In this document: in pieces, positions 33,470 to 45,386 of the stretch
How the letters are laid out: each line of letters starts with the position of its first letter
How positions within the stretch are numbered: position 1 is the first letter of the stretch
Source: Escherichia coli
GTDB taxonomy: Bacteria; Pseudomonadota; Gammaproteobacteria; Enterobacterales; Enterobacteriaceae
NCBI RefSeq assembly: GCF_046105845.1
Contig: NZ_CP151004.1
Reading direction: 5' to 3' (one strand)
Length of the DNA stretch: 64,000 nt
Position numbers and translations under genes: made by a program
Notes under the pieces: model-generated
Database searches by the model: none
What the model was told of the DNA's origin: nothing
The model's input: the letters and a program-made list of their open reading frames with translations, nothing else

Positions 33470-35404
33470 TTAAGACGATTTACGTACGCGCAAATACCAT
33501 TCGCACAGTAAACGCACCTGTTTACGGGTGTAGCCTTTTTCCATCATACGGTCGACAAAATCGTCGTGTTTCTTTTGCTCGTCGGTTGACGTTTTGGCGT
33601 TAAACGAAATAACCGGCAACAGCTCCTCGGTATTGGAGAACATTTTCTTCTCGATAACCGTGCGCAGTTTTTCATAGCTGGTCCAGTTCGGATTGCGTCC
33701 GCTGTTATTCGCTCTGGCGCGCAGTACGAAGTTAACAATCTCGTTGCGGAAATCTTTTGGATTACTGATCCCCGCCGGTTTCTCGATTTTCTCCAGCTCG
33801 GCGTTAAGAGACTCGCGGTCAAACAACTGCCCGGTATCCGGATCGCGATACTCCTGATCCTGAATCCAGAAATCCGCGTAGGTAACATAACGGTCGAAAA
33901 TGTTTTGCCCATATTCGGAATAGGATTCAAGGTAGGCCGTCTGGATCTCTTTGCCAATAAACTCGGCATATTTCGGGATCAGATAACCTTTCAGGAACTC
34001 CAGATAGCGTTCTGCCTGCTCTTGTGGGAACTGCTCGCGCTCGATCTGCTGTTCCAGGACGTAGAACAGATGGACCGGGTTTGCCGCCACTTCTACATGA
34101 TCGAAGTTGAACACGCGGGAGAGGATCTTAAACGCAAAACGCGTCGACAGACCGTTCATCCCTTCATCGACACCGGCGTAGTCACGATATTCCTGATACG
34201 ACTTGGCTTTGGGATCGGTGTCTTTCAGACTTTCGCCATCATAAACCCGCATCTTTGAATAAATGCTGGAGTTTTCTGGCTCTTTAAGGCGCGAAAGAAT
34301 GGAAAAACGTGACAGCGTTTCCAGCGTGCCAGGGGCGCAGGGGGCGTGAGTCAATTCACTGTGATTAAGCAATTTCTCGTAGATTTTGATCTCTTCGGAA
34401 ATGCGCAAGCAATACGGCACCTTCACGATGTAAACACGATCGAGGAAGGCTTCGTTGTTTTTGTTATTACGGAAAGTGACCCATTCGGATTCGTTCGAGT
34501 GGGCGAGAATAATCCCGTTGAACGGCAGGGCGGAGATACCTTCCGTCCCGTTGTAGTTACCTTCCTGAGTGGCGGTTAGCAAGGGATGCAGCACTTTAAT
34601 CGGTGCTTTAAACATCTCAACGAATTCCATGATCCCCTGGTTGGCGCGGCACAGTGCACCGGAATAGCCGTAGGCGTCCGGGTCATTCTGCGCGTAGTGT
34701 TCGAGTTTACGAATATCGACTTTCCCAACCAGCGCGGAGATGTCCTGGTTGTTCTCATCACCGGGTTCCGTTTTGGCGATAGCAATTTGTTGCAGAATTG
34801 ACGGCCAGACCTTCACTACCCGGAACTTAGTGATATCGCCACCAAATTCATGCAGGCGTTTTGCCGCCCACGGCGACATGATGGTGCCGAGATAACGGCG
34901 AGGAATGCCATACTCTTTTTCCAGAATCTGCGCATCTTCCTGCGGATTGAAAAGACAGAACGGATGATCGTTGACCGGGCTACGCTCACCGTTGGCGCTC
35001 AATACATAAATCGGTACGAGCTGCATTAATGATTTCAGTCGCTCAGCAAGCGATGATTTACCCCCACCCACAGGCCCCAGCAGATACAGGATTTGTTTCT
35101 TCTCTTCCAGCCCCTGAGCCGCGTGTTTCAGATAAGAGACAATCTGTTCAATCGCGTCTTCCATGCCGTAAAACTCTTCAAATGCCGGATAACGTGCTAT
35201 GACCCGGTTAGAAAAGAGTCGAGAAAGTCTGGGTTCCTGGGCTGTATCGACCATGACAGGCTCACCGATAGCCATCAATAGCCGCTCAGCCGCGTTGGCA
35301 TAAGCACTGCGATCTTGCCGACAAGTGGTAAGAAACTCCTGCAGTGTGAACTCTTCGTCCTTGGCAGCTTCATATCGCTGGCGATAGTGATCGAATATAT
35401 TCAT
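33470..35404 (-). CDS. yeaG: PrkA-family serine protein kinase
   Basis: 644-aa ORF; Walker A-like GPVGGGKSS. Confidence 0.9.
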   Translation of the reverse strand: MNIFDHYRQRYEAAKDEEFTLQEFLTTCRQDRSAYANAAERLLMAIGEPVMVDTAQEPRLSRLFSNRVIARYPAFEEFYGMEDAIEQIVSYLKHAAQGLEEKKQILYLLGPVGGGKSSLAERLKSLMQLVPIYVLSANGERSPVNDHPFCLFNPQEDAQILEKEYGIPRRYLGTIMSPWAAKRLHEFGGDITKFRVVKVWPSILQQIAIAKTEPGDENNQDISALVGKVDIRKLEHYAQNDPDAYGYSGALCRANQGIMEFVEMFKAPIKVLHPLLTATQEGNYNGTEGISALPFNGIILAHSNESEWVTFRNNKNNEAFLDRVYIVKVPYCLRISEEIKIYEKLLNHSELTHAPCAPGTLETLSRFSILSRLKEPENSSIYSKMRVYDGESLKDTDPKAKSYQEYRDYAGVDEGMNGLSTRFAFKILSRVFNFDHVEVAANPVHLFYVLEQQIEREQFPQEQAERYLEFLKGYLIPKYAEFIGKEIQTAYLESYSEYGQNIFDRYVTYADFWIQDQEYRDPDTGQLFDRESLNAELEKIEKPAGISNPKDFRNEIVNFVLRARANNSGRNPNWTSYEKLRTVIEKKMFSNTEELLPVISFNAKTSTDEQKKHDDFVDRMMEKGYTRKQVRLLCEWYLRVRKSS

Positions 35405-35839
35405 GGTATGCCGTCCTTTCGTTTTTTAGCACAGGTTAAGAGCCGTTCATATGAATAGTAGAGGCTCCCGGAAGAGGTAAACTGAACGACGTCTCTTGCT
35501 AAAACACAGCAACTCTCATGCCATTTTATCGACGATGAGAACAACGTGCCCGGTGATACACCTTCAAAATTAAGCGTAGATGGCAAATGGAAAACTTGCC
35601 TGCACGGCTTTCTTAATTTCAATGGCATATCAACAACTCATCCATAAATTTTGCATAATTAATGTAAAGACCAGGCTCGCCAGTAACGCTAAATTCATTT
35701 GGCTGTAAGCGCGGTGTCATCCGCGTCAGGAAAATTAAACAGTTACTTTAAAAAATGAAAACGTAAAAAGGTTGGGTTTCGATGTATTGACGGGTAAACT
35801 TTGTCGCCCGCTAAACATTTGTTTAAGGAATGATTAATT

Positions 35840-36586
35840 GTGACCAAACTCAAACTTCTGGCACTTGGAGTGCTTATCGCAACGTCTGCAGGCGTAGCGC
35901 ACGCTGAAGGTAAATTTTCCCTGGGCGCAGGCGTAGGTGTCGTTGAACACCCATATAAAGATTACGATACCGATGTTTACCCAGTACCGGTAATCAACTA
36001 TGAAGGCGATAACTTCTGGTTCCGTGGCTTAGGTGGTGGTTACTACCTGTGGAATGACGCAACGGATAAACTTTCAATTACCGCTTACTGGTCGCCGCTT
36101 TACTTCAAAGCGAAAGACAGTGGCGATCACCAAATGCGTCACCTGGATGACCGTAAGAGCACCATGATGGCTGGTCTGTCTTATGCTCACTTTACCCAGT
36201 ACGGTTACCTGCGTACCACCCTGGCTGGCGATACCCTGGATAACAGCAACGGCATTGTTTGGGATATGGCCTGGTTGTATCGTTACACCAACGGCGGCCT
36301 GACCGTGACCCCGGGTATCGGTGTGCAGTGGAACAGCGAAAACCAGAACGAATACTATTATGGCGTATCGCGCAAAGAGTCCGCTCGCAGCGGTCTGCGT
36401 GGCTATAACCCGAACGACAGCTGGAGCCCTTACCTGGAGCTGAGCGCCAGCTACAACTTCCTCGGCGACTGGAGTTTTTACGGTACCGCGCGCTACACCC
36501 GTCTGTCTGATGAAGTTACTGACAGCCCAATGGTGGATAAATCCTGGACTGGCCTGATTTCTACCGGGATCACCTACAAATTCTGA
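35840..36586 (+). CDS. mipA: MltA-interacting outer-membrane protein
   Basis: 248-aa ORF with GTG start; signal peptide and beta-barrel-like alternating pattern. Confidence 0.9.
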   Translation: MTKLKLLALGVLIATSAGVAHAEGKFSLGAGVGVVEHPYKDYDTDVYPVPVINYEGDNFWFRGLGGGYYLWNDATDKLSITAYWSPLYFKAKDSGDHQMRHLDDRKSTMMAGLSYAHFTQYGYLRTTLAGDTLDNSNGIVWDMAWLYRYTNGGLTVTPGIGVQWNSENQNEYYYGVSRKESARSGLRGYNPNDSWSPYLELSASYNFLGDWSFYGTARYTRLSDEVTDSPMVDKSWTGLISTGITYKF

Positions 36587-36616
36587 TAATGCATCTTTCC
36601 AGGGCATTTTGTGCAT

Positions 36617-36645
36617 AAAAACAGGGCGTCATGCCCTGTTTTGCA
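36617..36645 (+). terminator. Rho-independent terminator of mipA
   Basis: AAAACAGGGC-GTCAT-GCCCTGTTTT perfect hairpin followed by TTGCATT. Confidence 0.5.
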
Positions 36646-36675
36646 TTACGGTGGTGCAATACCTGGGAGGAAACA

Positions 36676-37530
36676 ATGCAACAAAAAATGATTCAATTTA
36701 GTGGCGATGTCTCACTGCCAGCCATAGGGCAGGGAACATGGTATATGGGCGAAGATGCCAGTCAGCGTAAAACAGAAGTTGCTGCACTACGCGCGGGCAT
36801 TGAGCTCGGTTTAACCCTCATTGATACCGCCGAAATGTATGCCGAGGGCGGTGCCGAAATGGTGGTTGGGGAAGCATTAACCGGCCTACGTGAGAACGTC
36901 TTTCTCGTCTCTAAAGTCTATCCGTGGAATGCTGGCGGGCAAAAAGCGATAAATGCATGCGAAGCCAGTTTACGCCGTCTCAATACTGATTATCTCGATC
37001 TCTACTTATTACACTGGTCTGGCAGTTTCGCTTTTGAAGAGACTGTCGCAGCGATGGAAAAATTGATCGCCCAGGGAAAAATTCGCCGCTGGGGCGTTTC
37101 TAACCTTGATTATGCCGATATGCAGGAACTCTGGCAGCTGCCGGGGGGAAATCAGTGTGCCACTAATCAGGTGCTTTACCATCTCGGTTCACGAGGGATT
37201 GAGTACGATCTACTTCCCTGGTGCCAGCAACAATATATGCCAGTGATGGCTTACAGTCCATTAGCCCAGGCCGGGCGGTTGCGCAATGGACTGTTAAAAA
37301 ACGCGGTAGTCAACGAAATTGCACATGCTCACAATATCAGCTCGGCACAAGTATTGTTGGCGTGGGTGATCAGTCATCAGGGTGTGATGGCGATTCCAAA
37401 AGCGGCCACGATTGCCCATGTCCAACAAAATGCGGCTGTGCTTGAGGTCGAACTTTCATCAGCGGAATTAGCTATGCTGGATAAGGCATATCCGGCACCA
37501 AAAGGAAAAACTGCGCTGGATATGGTGTGA
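36676..37530 (+). CDS. yeaE: Aldo-keto reductase
   Basis: Track ORF 36631..37530; start moved to Met16 (MQQKMIQFSG) giving 284 aa; upstream extension would run through the mipA terminator. Confidence 0.85.
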   Translation: MQQKMIQFSGDVSLPAIGQGTWYMGEDASQRKTEVAALRAGIELGLTLIDTAEMYAEGGAEMVVGEALTGLRENVFLVSKVYPWNAGGQKAINACEASLRRLNTDYLDLYLLHWSGSFAFEETVAAMEKLIAQGKIRRWGVSNLDYADMQELWQLPGGNQCATNQVLYHLGSRGIEYDLLPWCQQQYMPVMAYSPLAQAGRLRNGLLKNAVVNEIAHAHNISSAQVLLAWVISHQGVMAIPKAATIAHVQQNAAVLEVELSSAELAMLDKAYPAPKGKTALDMV

Positions 37531-37580
37531 TGTTGATACGTGCCGGATGCATCGCACCCGGCACACAACATTAACGCAAA

Positions 37581-38465
37581 TTAACGTTTCGCAACGCGAA
37601 TGGATTGCGCCAGATGTGCAGGTTTCTCTTTGGTGACTTTTTGCGTTTCTGAGGCGTAAGCTGTTTCTACACAAACAAAGGTCTTGTAGCCATCATCCGG
37701 CATATCGCCCATGCTAACTGAAAGCGCCGGTCCTGGGTTCCAGCCTACAACGTTCAGATGATGCTGGTGGCCTACGGCGATAATACGATTCAGCGCTTCG
37801 TCATTAATCACGCTGCAATCTTGCGGATTCAGATACACGCGATCGGTACGGTCAGGGAAGGTCTGAATACCGTCGGTCAGTACATCTTCTTTCGCGTCAT
37901 TCACTTTATCAATGAAGCGATCGCCCAGTCCACTGACGCTTACCTTAGTGATATCACCCACGTTAAAGTAGGTATGCAGGGCAGAGGTGGTTTCAAATTC
38001 GCCGTGTGCTTCAAGATCGATTTCACAGGCTTTACCCACGCGGAAATGCGCTAATAGCGTAAAGTCGTGCGGCCAGAATTTTTTCGTCTCTTCGCTTTGT
38101 GTCAATTCAAAAGTCAGCGCTACGCCATCAGCATCTTCACGATGTGATTTCAGCGTCCACGGCAGGTTGCGGGCAAAACCGTGCGCAGGCAGACCTTGTT
38201 GTGCAGCCGGACCAAACCACGGCCAGCAAACCGGTACGCCACCGCGAATAGCGACGCCATTTTTGAACGGTGTGTTGTTGCTCAACCACAGAACTTCTTC
38301 TTCGCCCGCAGGTTTCCACGAGAGAAGGTGTGCGCCCTGTAATGCAAAAGAGGCTTTTACCTGGGGATGATCGACCACAATGAGGTCCAGTTCATCCAGT
38401 TTACGACGGGAGAGGACAGGGGAGATTTGTTCGATGACCGGAAGGGCAAAAATTTTCTTAATCAT
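37581..38465 (-). CDS. yeaD: Putative glucose-6-phosphate 1-epimerase (aldose epimerase family)
   Basis: Track ORF 37581..38486; start moved to Met8 (MIKKIFALPV) giving 294 aa. Confidence 0.85.
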   Translation of the reverse strand: MIKKIFALPVIEQISPVLSRRKLDELDLIVVDHPQVKASFALQGAHLLSWKPAGEEEVLWLSNNTPFKNGVAIRGGVPVCWPWFGPAAQQGLPAHGFARNLPWTLKSHREDADGVALTFELTQSEETKKFWPHDFTLLAHFRVGKACEIDLEAHGEFETTSALHTYFNVGDITKVSVSGLGDRFIDKVNDAKEDVLTDGIQTFPDRTDRVYLNPQDCSVINDEALNRIIAVGHQHHLNVVGWNPGPALSVSMGDMPDDGYKTFVCVETAYASETQKVTKEKPAHLAQSIRVAKR

Positions 38466-38493
38466 GACGCAGTCCTTTAACTTCATTTTATCA

Positions 38494-38528
38494 GGTAAAA
38501 AAAAGAGCGACCGAAGTCGCTCTTTTTA
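38494..38528 (-). terminator. Rho-independent terminator of gapA
   Basis: Minus-strand AAAGAGCGAC-TTCG-GTCGCTCTTT stem-loop followed by a U-run, directly after the gapA stop. Confidence 0.6.
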
Positions 38529-38548
38529 GATCACAGTGTCATCTCAAC

Positions 38549-39556
<1,008 letters not shown>

Positions 39557-39885
39557 CTATTTGTTAGTGAATAAAAGGTTGCCTGTAAAATTACAAAAAC
39601 CTTACGCAGCGTCAAGCGGAATCGTGTCAATCATTGCGACAAATCAATCCTGTGCCTAAGCATTACGCGACTGACTCGCCTCACTCTTCCTTTGGGCTTG
39701 AGACCACATGGGGTCGGCGTCCCGAATTTTAAAGGGCAATTACGATAAAAATGTGATTTTCATCACGATTTAGGTGCAGCCATTTCGTCGAGATCAAGTT
39801 TAGGACAAATTTTTACCAGTTGGTGTTAATGTTTTGTTAGAATCAGTCGCGTAATGTGAGCACGATTAAAGTGAGATGTGAGCAA

Positions 39886-40299
39886 ATGGCTAATAAACCT
39901 TCGGCAGAAGAACTGAAAAAAAATTTGTCCGAGATGCAGTTCTACGTGACGCAGAATCATGGGACAGAGCCGCCATTTACGGGTCGTTTACTGCATAACA
40001 AGCGTGACGGCGTATATCACTGTTTGATCTGCGATGCCCCGCTGTTTCATTCCCAAACCAAGTATGATTCCGGCTGTGGCTGGCCCAGTTTCTACGAACC
40101 GGTGAGTGAAGAATCCATTCGTTATATCAAAGACTTGTCACATGGAATGCAGCGCATAGAAATTCGTTGCGGTAACTGTGATGCCCATCTGGGGCATGTC
40201 TTCCCTGACGGGCCGCAGCCAACGGGCGAACGTTATTGTGTTAACTCTGCTTCTTTACGCTTCACTGATGGTGAAAACGGCGAAGAAATCAACGGTTGA
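39886..40299 (+). CDS. msrB: Peptide methionine sulfoxide reductase B (zinc, CxxC pairs)
   Basis: Track ORF 39856..40299; start moved to [10 protein letters not shown] giving 137 aa; CLIC and CGNC motifs. Confidence 0.9.
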
Positions 40300-40340
40300 A
40301 AAAACGATTCAGCAACTTATTCCACAGGAGCGGAAAAATT

Positions 40341-40613
40341 ATGAATCTTGATGACATTATCAACAGCATGACGCCTGAGGTATACCAGCGTTTGTCGACC
40401 GCCGTTGAACTGGGGAAATGGCCTGATGGCGTTGCGTTGACCGAGGAACAAAAAGAGAACTGCCTGCAACTGGTGATGCTGTGGCAAGCCCGCCATAATA
40501 CCGAAGCACAGCATATGACAATTGACACAAATGGTCAGATGGTTATGAAGAGCAAACAGCAGTTAAAAGAAGATTTTGGTATCTCAGCAAAGCCGATTGC
40601 CATGTTTAAGTAA
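40341..40613 (+). CDS. yeaC: DUF1315-family protein
   Basis: Track ORF starts at TTG 40296; start moved to MNLDDIINSM giving 90 aa. Confidence 0.8.
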   Translation: MNLDDIINSMTPEVYQRLSTAVELGKWPDGVALTEEQKENCLQLVMLWQARHNTEAQHMTIDTNGQMVMKSKQQLKEDFGISAKPIAMFK

Positions 40614-40982
40614 GTGGTTTGTCCCCTTTTTGCCGCGGCTATGAAGGGGATAGCCAACAATGACCCCACGACTCATCTCAATTATCTCGCCATGACCTGG
40701 CTAAGTCCCAGTCCGATCTCTTGCCGTCGCGTTCACGCCTGAATGACTTCTCCTGAACTTAAGTCTCAGACCTATTTGGCCGGTAATCCCTCTCGAATTT
40801 GCTCTTTTTGCGTTCCGCCTTCCACCAACCTGTAACAGACCCAGCCATTTTCTGCGTAATTGTGATCTGAGTTGTAAAACGCAGATCATTATCTGTGTTT
40901 TACAGATTTAATGTTGACCTCAAAAATCATGTGGGTAAGTATGATGACCATCTAAGCAAAACAAAACACAGAGGATGACGCA

Positions 40983-42059
40983 ATGAAAGCACTGGCTCGG
41001 TTTGGCAAAGCCTTTGGCGGCTACAAGATGATCGATGTCCCACAACCCATTTGTGGCCCGGAAGATGTAGTGATTGAAATTAAAGCCGCGGCAATCTGCG
41101 GCGCAGACATGAAGCACTACAATGTCGATAGCGGTTCTGATGAGTTTAACTCTATCCGCGGCCATGAGTTCGCAGGTTGTATTGCGCAGGTTGGTGAAAA
41201 AGTCAAAGACTGGAAAGTGGGGCAACGCGTCGTGTCAGATAACAGCGGTCACGTCTGCGGCGTTTGTCCGGCCTGTGAACAAGGTGATTTTCTGTGTTGT
41301 ACAGAAAAAGTAAACCTTGGTCTGGATAACAATACCTGGGGCGGTGGTTTTTCCAAATATTGTCTGGTTCCTGGTGAAATTCTCAAAATTCATCGTCATG
41401 CGTTGTGGGAAATCCCTGATGGTGTTGATTATGAGGACGCAGCCGTACTTGACCCTATCTGTAATGCCTACAAATCCATCGCGCAGCAATCGAAATTCCT
41501 TCCTGGTCAGGATGTGGTCGTCATCGGCACTGGCCCACTCGGGCTGTTCTCCGTACAAATGGCGCGGATTATGGGGGCGGTAAATATCGTCGTCGTTGGT
41601 CTGCAAGAAGATGTGGCGGTCCGCTTTCCGGTTGCAAAAGAACTGGGTGCGACGGCTGTAGTAAATGGTTCTACCGAAGATGTGGTGGCGCGCTGCCAGC
41701 AAATTTGTGGCAAAGACAATCTGGGACTGGTGATTGAATGCTCCGGTGCCAATATCGCACTGAAACAAGCCATCGAAATGCTCCGTCCGAACGGGGAAGT
41801 GGTACGCGTTGGAATGGGCTTCAAACCTCTTGATTTCTCGATTAATGACATTACCGCCTGGAACAAAAGCATCATTGGGCATATGGCCTATGACTCCACC
41901 TCATGGCGTAACGCTCTCCGGCTATTAGCCAGCGGCGCTATCAAAGTCAAACCGATGATCACGCATCGTATCGGCCTGTCGCAATGGCGCGAAGGGTTTG
42001 AAGCGATGGTCGATAAAACCGCAATCAAAGTGATCATGACTTACGACTTTGATGAATAA
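40983..42059 (+). CDS. ydjL: Zn-dependent alcohol/polyol dehydrogenase (MDR family)
   Basis: 358-aa ORF; Zn-ligand Cys cluster and GxGxxG. Confidence 0.85.
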   Translation: MKALARFGKAFGGYKMIDVPQPICGPEDVVIEIKAAAICGADMKHYNVDSGSDEFNSIRGHEFAGCIAQVGEKVKDWKVGQRVVSDNSGHVCGVCPACEQGDFLCCTEKVNLGLDNNTWGGGFSKYCLVPGEILKIHRHALWEIPDGVDYEDAAVLDPICNAYKSIAQQSKFLPGQDVVVIGTGPLGLFSVQMARIMGAVNIVVVGLQEDVAVRFPVAKELGATAVVNGSTEDVVARCQQICGKDNLGLVIECSGANIALKQAIEMLRPNGEVVRVGMGFKPLDFSINDITAWNKSIIGHMAYDSTSWRNALRLLASGAIKVKPMITHRIGLSQWREGFEAMVDKTAIKVIMTYDFDE

Positions 42060-42085
42060 CTACTCTCCTGAAGGAACGTTATCGC

Positions 42086-43465
42086 ATGGAACAGATAACA
42101 AAACCGCATTGTGGTGCACGGCTGGATCGCTTACCGGATTGCCGCTGGCATTCGTCAATGTTTGCTATCGTCGCGTTTGGCTTGCTTGTCTGCTGGAGTA
42201 ATGCCGTTGGTGGCTTGATCCTCGCGCAGCTGAAAGAGTTGGGCTGGACAGATAATTCCACCACTGCCACATTCTCAGCAATCACGACCGCCGGAATGTT
42301 TCTCGGTGCGCTGGTTGGCGGCATCATCGGTGACAAAACCGGTCGCAGAAATGCGTTCATCCTCTATGAGGCCATTCATATTGCCTCGATGATGGTCGGT
42401 GCTTTTTCACCGAATATGGATTTCCTTATTGCCTGCCGTTTTGTGATGGGCGTTGGGCTGGGAGCTTTACTGGTGACGCTGTTTGCTGGGTTCACCGAAT
42501 ATATGCCCGGTAGAAATCGCGGAACGTGGTCCAGTCGGGTTTCCTTTATTGGCAACTGGTCATATCCGCTCTGTTCATTGATTGCGATGGGACTCACGCC
42601 GCTGATTAGTGCTGAGTGGAACTGGCGGGTACAACTGCTTATCCCTGCAATATTGTCGCTTATCGCTACGGCGCTGGCCTGGCGCTACTTTCCTGAATCC
42701 CCGCGCTGGCTGGAATCGCGCGGACGGTATCAGGAAGCCGAGAAAGTCATGCGGAGTATAGAAGAAGGCGTCATACGCCAGACGGGTAAACCTTTGCCGC
42801 CCGTGGTTATTGCTGATGACGGTAAAGCGCCACAAGCGGTGCCGTATTCAGCCTTACTGACAGGAGTATTACTGAAACGCGTGATATTAGGTTCTTGTGT
42901 GCTGATTGCCATGAACGTTGTGCAGTACACACTAATTAACTGGTTGCCAACGATATTCATGACCCAGGGGATTAATTTAAAAGACTCGATTGTTTTAAAT
43001 ACCATGAGTATGTTTGGTGCGCCATTTGGTATTTTTATTGCCATGCTGGTGATGGATAAAATTCCGCGTAAAACAATGGGTGTGGGGCTATTAATCCTGA
43101 TTGCGGTGCTCGGATATATCTATTCACTGCAAACCAGTATGTTGCTCATAACGCTGATTGGTTTCTTCCTGATTACTTTCGTCTATATGTACGTTTGCTA
43201 TGCCTCGGCAGTGTATGTCCCTGAGATCTGGCCGACAGAGGCCAAATTACGTGGCTCCGGTCTGGCGAATGCAGTAGGGCGAATCAGTGGTATTGCCGCA
43301 CCTTATGCCGTTGCAGTGCTGCTCAGTAGTTATGGCGTAACGGGAGTCTTTATTCTTCTGGGGGCGGTTTCAATTATTGTCGCAATTGCTATCGCCACCA
43401 TTGGAATTGAAACCAAAGGTGTCTCCGTTGAAAGTTTAAGTATTGATGCAGTAGTCAATAAATAA
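42086..43465 (+). CDS. ydjK: MFS sugar transporter
   Basis: 459-aa polytopic ORF. Confidence 0.85.
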   Translation: MEQITKPHCGARLDRLPDCRWHSSMFAIVAFGLLVCWSNAVGGLILAQLKELGWTDNSTTATFSAITTAGMFLGALVGGIIGDKTGRRNAFILYEAIHIASMMVGAFSPNMDFLIACRFVMGVGLGALLVTLFAGFTEYMPGRNRGTWSSRVSFIGNWSYPLCSLIAMGLTPLISAEWNWRVQLLIPAILSLIATALAWRYFPESPRWLESRGRYQEAEKVMRSIEEGVIRQTGKPLPPVVIADDGKAPQAVPYSALLTGVLLKRVILGSCVLIAMNVVQYTLINWLPTIFMTQGINLKDSIVLNTMSMFGAPFGIFIAMLVMDKIPRKTMGVGLLILIAVLGYIYSLQTSMLLITLIGFFLITFVYMYVCYASAVYVPEIWPTEAKLRGSGLANAVGRISGIAAPYAVAVLLSSYGVTGVFILLGAVSIIVAIAIATIGIETKGVSVESLSIDAVVNK

Positions 43466-43481
43466 TACTGGTGGATTCAAA

Positions 43482-44525
43482 ATGAAAAATTCAAAAGCAA
43501 TATTGCAGGTGCCGGGCACAATGAAAATTATTTCAGCAGAAATACCTGTGCCTAAAGAAGATGAAGTTTTGATTAAAGTAGAATATGTCGGTATTTGTGG
43601 TTCAGATGTACATGGTTTTGAATCAGGCCCGTTTATTCCGCCTAAAGACCCAAATCAAGAAATTGGCCTGGGACATGAATGCGCCGGGACGGTTGTGGTT
43701 GTGGGAAGCCGTGTGCGCAAATTTAAAGCGGGGGATCGGGTAAATATCGAACCTGGCGTTCCTTGCGGTCACTGTCGTTACTGTCTGGAAGGCAAATATA
43801 ACATCTGCCCGGACGTTGATTTTATGGCGACACAACCTAACTACCGCGGCGCATTAACGCACTATCTGTGTCATCCGGAGAGCTTTACTTACAAACTGCC
43901 CGACAATATGGACACGATGGAAGGGGCGCTGGTGGAGCCTGCCGCAGTCGGGATGCATGCCGCGATGCTGGCAGATGTTAAACCGGGTAAGAAGATAATT
44001 ATTCTGGGAGCGGGTTGTATTGGTTTGATGACGTTGCAAGCGTGCAAATGCCTGGGAGCTACGGATATTGCCGTCGTTGATGTACTGGAAAAACGTCTGA
44101 CAATGGCGGAACAGCTCGGCGCGACAGTAGTTATTAACGGCGCAAAAGAAGACACTATTGCACGCTGTCAGCAATTTACTGAAGAAATGGGCGCAGATAT
44201 TGTTTTCGAAACAGCGGGTTCTGCGGTCACCGTTAAACAGGCACCTTATCTGGTAATGCGCGGCGGTAAAATTATGATTGTTGGTACTGTACCGGGCGAT
44301 TCGGCAATCAATTTCCTCAAAATCAATCGCGAAGTCACTATTCAGACAGTATTCCGCTATGCCAATCGTTATCCTGTCACGATTGAAGCTATTTCCTCAG
44401 GGCGATTCGATGTGAAATCGATGGTGACACATATTTACGATTATCAGGATGTACAACAGGCATTTGAAGAGTCGGTTAACAACAAACGCGACATTATTAA
44501 AGGCGTTATTAAAATTAGCGATTAA
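43482..44525 (+). CDS. ydjJ: Zn-dependent dehydrogenase (MDR family)
   Basis: 347-aa ORF; structural-Zn motif CGHCRYC. Confidence 0.85.
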   Translation: MKNSKAILQVPGTMKIISAEIPVPKEDEVLIKVEYVGICGSDVHGFESGPFIPPKDPNQEIGLGHECAGTVVVVGSRVRKFKAGDRVNIEPGVPCGHCRYCLEGKYNICPDVDFMATQPNYRGALTHYLCHPESFTYKLPDNMDTMEGALVEPAAVGMHAAMLADVKPGKKIIILGAGCIGLMTLQACKCLGATDIAVVDVLEKRLTMAEQLGATVVINGAKEDTIARCQQFTEEMGADIVFETAGSAVTVKQAPYLVMRGGKIMIVGTVPGDSAINFLKINREVTIQTVFRYANRYPVTIEAISSGRFDVKSMVTHIYDYQDVQQAFEESVNNKRDIIKGVIKISD

Positions 44526-44545
44526 TTAATACGGGAGAACAGAAT

Positions 44546-45382
44546 ATGCTCGCAGATATCAGATATTGGGAAAACGATGCCACAAATAAACATTATGCAA
44601 TTGCCCATTTTAACGTATGGAATGCAGAAATGTTGATGGGCGTTATCGACGCAGCCGAAGAAGCGAAATCACCGGTTATTATTTCTTTTGGTACAGGTTT
44701 TGTCGGCAACACCTCATTTGAAGATTTCTCTCACATGATGGTATCAATGGCACAAAAAGCAACGGTGCCGGTAATAACTCATTGGGATCATGGTCGGAGT
44801 ATGGAGATTATTCATAACGCCTGGACTCATGGTATGAATTCACTAATGCGTGATGCTTCCGCGTTTGATTTCGAAGAAAATATTCGTTTAACCAAAGAGG
44901 CTGTTGATTTTTTCCATCCGCTGGGTATTCCGGTAGAGGCGGAATTAGGGCATGTCGGTAATGAAACCGTTTATGAGGAAGCTCTGGCGGGCTATCACTA
45001 TACCGATCCTGACCAGGCGGCTGAATTTGTTGAACGTACGGGCTGTGACTCATTGGCTGTCGCCATCGGCAACCAGCATGGGGTTTATACGTCAGAGCCA
45101 CAATTGAACTTTGAGGTCGTCAAACGCGTACGCGATGCCGTTTCTGTTCCGCTGGTTTTGCACGGTGCATCGGGGATCAGTGATGCCGACATTAAAACTG
45201 CAATTTCGTTGGGTATCGCGAAAATCAACATTCATACGGAGCTCTGTCAGGCCGCAATGGTAGCAGTGAAAGAAAACCAGGATCAGCCTTTCCTGCATTT
45301 AGAACGTGAAGTACGTAAAGCTGTAAAAGAACGGGCATTGGAAAAAATTAAACTGTTCGGTTCTGATGGCAAAGCGGAATAA
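44546..45382 (+). CDS. ydjI: Class II (metal-dependent) aldolase
   Basis: 278-aa ORF, tagatose/fructose-bisphosphate aldolase-like. Confidence 0.85.
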   Translation: MLADIRYWENDATNKHYAIAHFNVWNAEMLMGVIDAAEEAKSPVIISFGTGFVGNTSFEDFSHMMVSMAQKATVPVITHWDHGRSMEIIHNAWTHGMNSLMRDASAFDFEENIRLTKEAVDFFHPLGIPVEAELGHVGNETVYEEALAGYHYTDPDQAAEFVERTGCDSLAVAIGNQHGVYTSEPQLNFEVVKRVRDAVSVPLVLHGASGISDADIKTAISLGIAKINIHTELCQAAMVAVKENQDQPFLHLEREVRKAVKERALEKIKLFGSDGKAE

Positions 45383-45386
45383 TGAT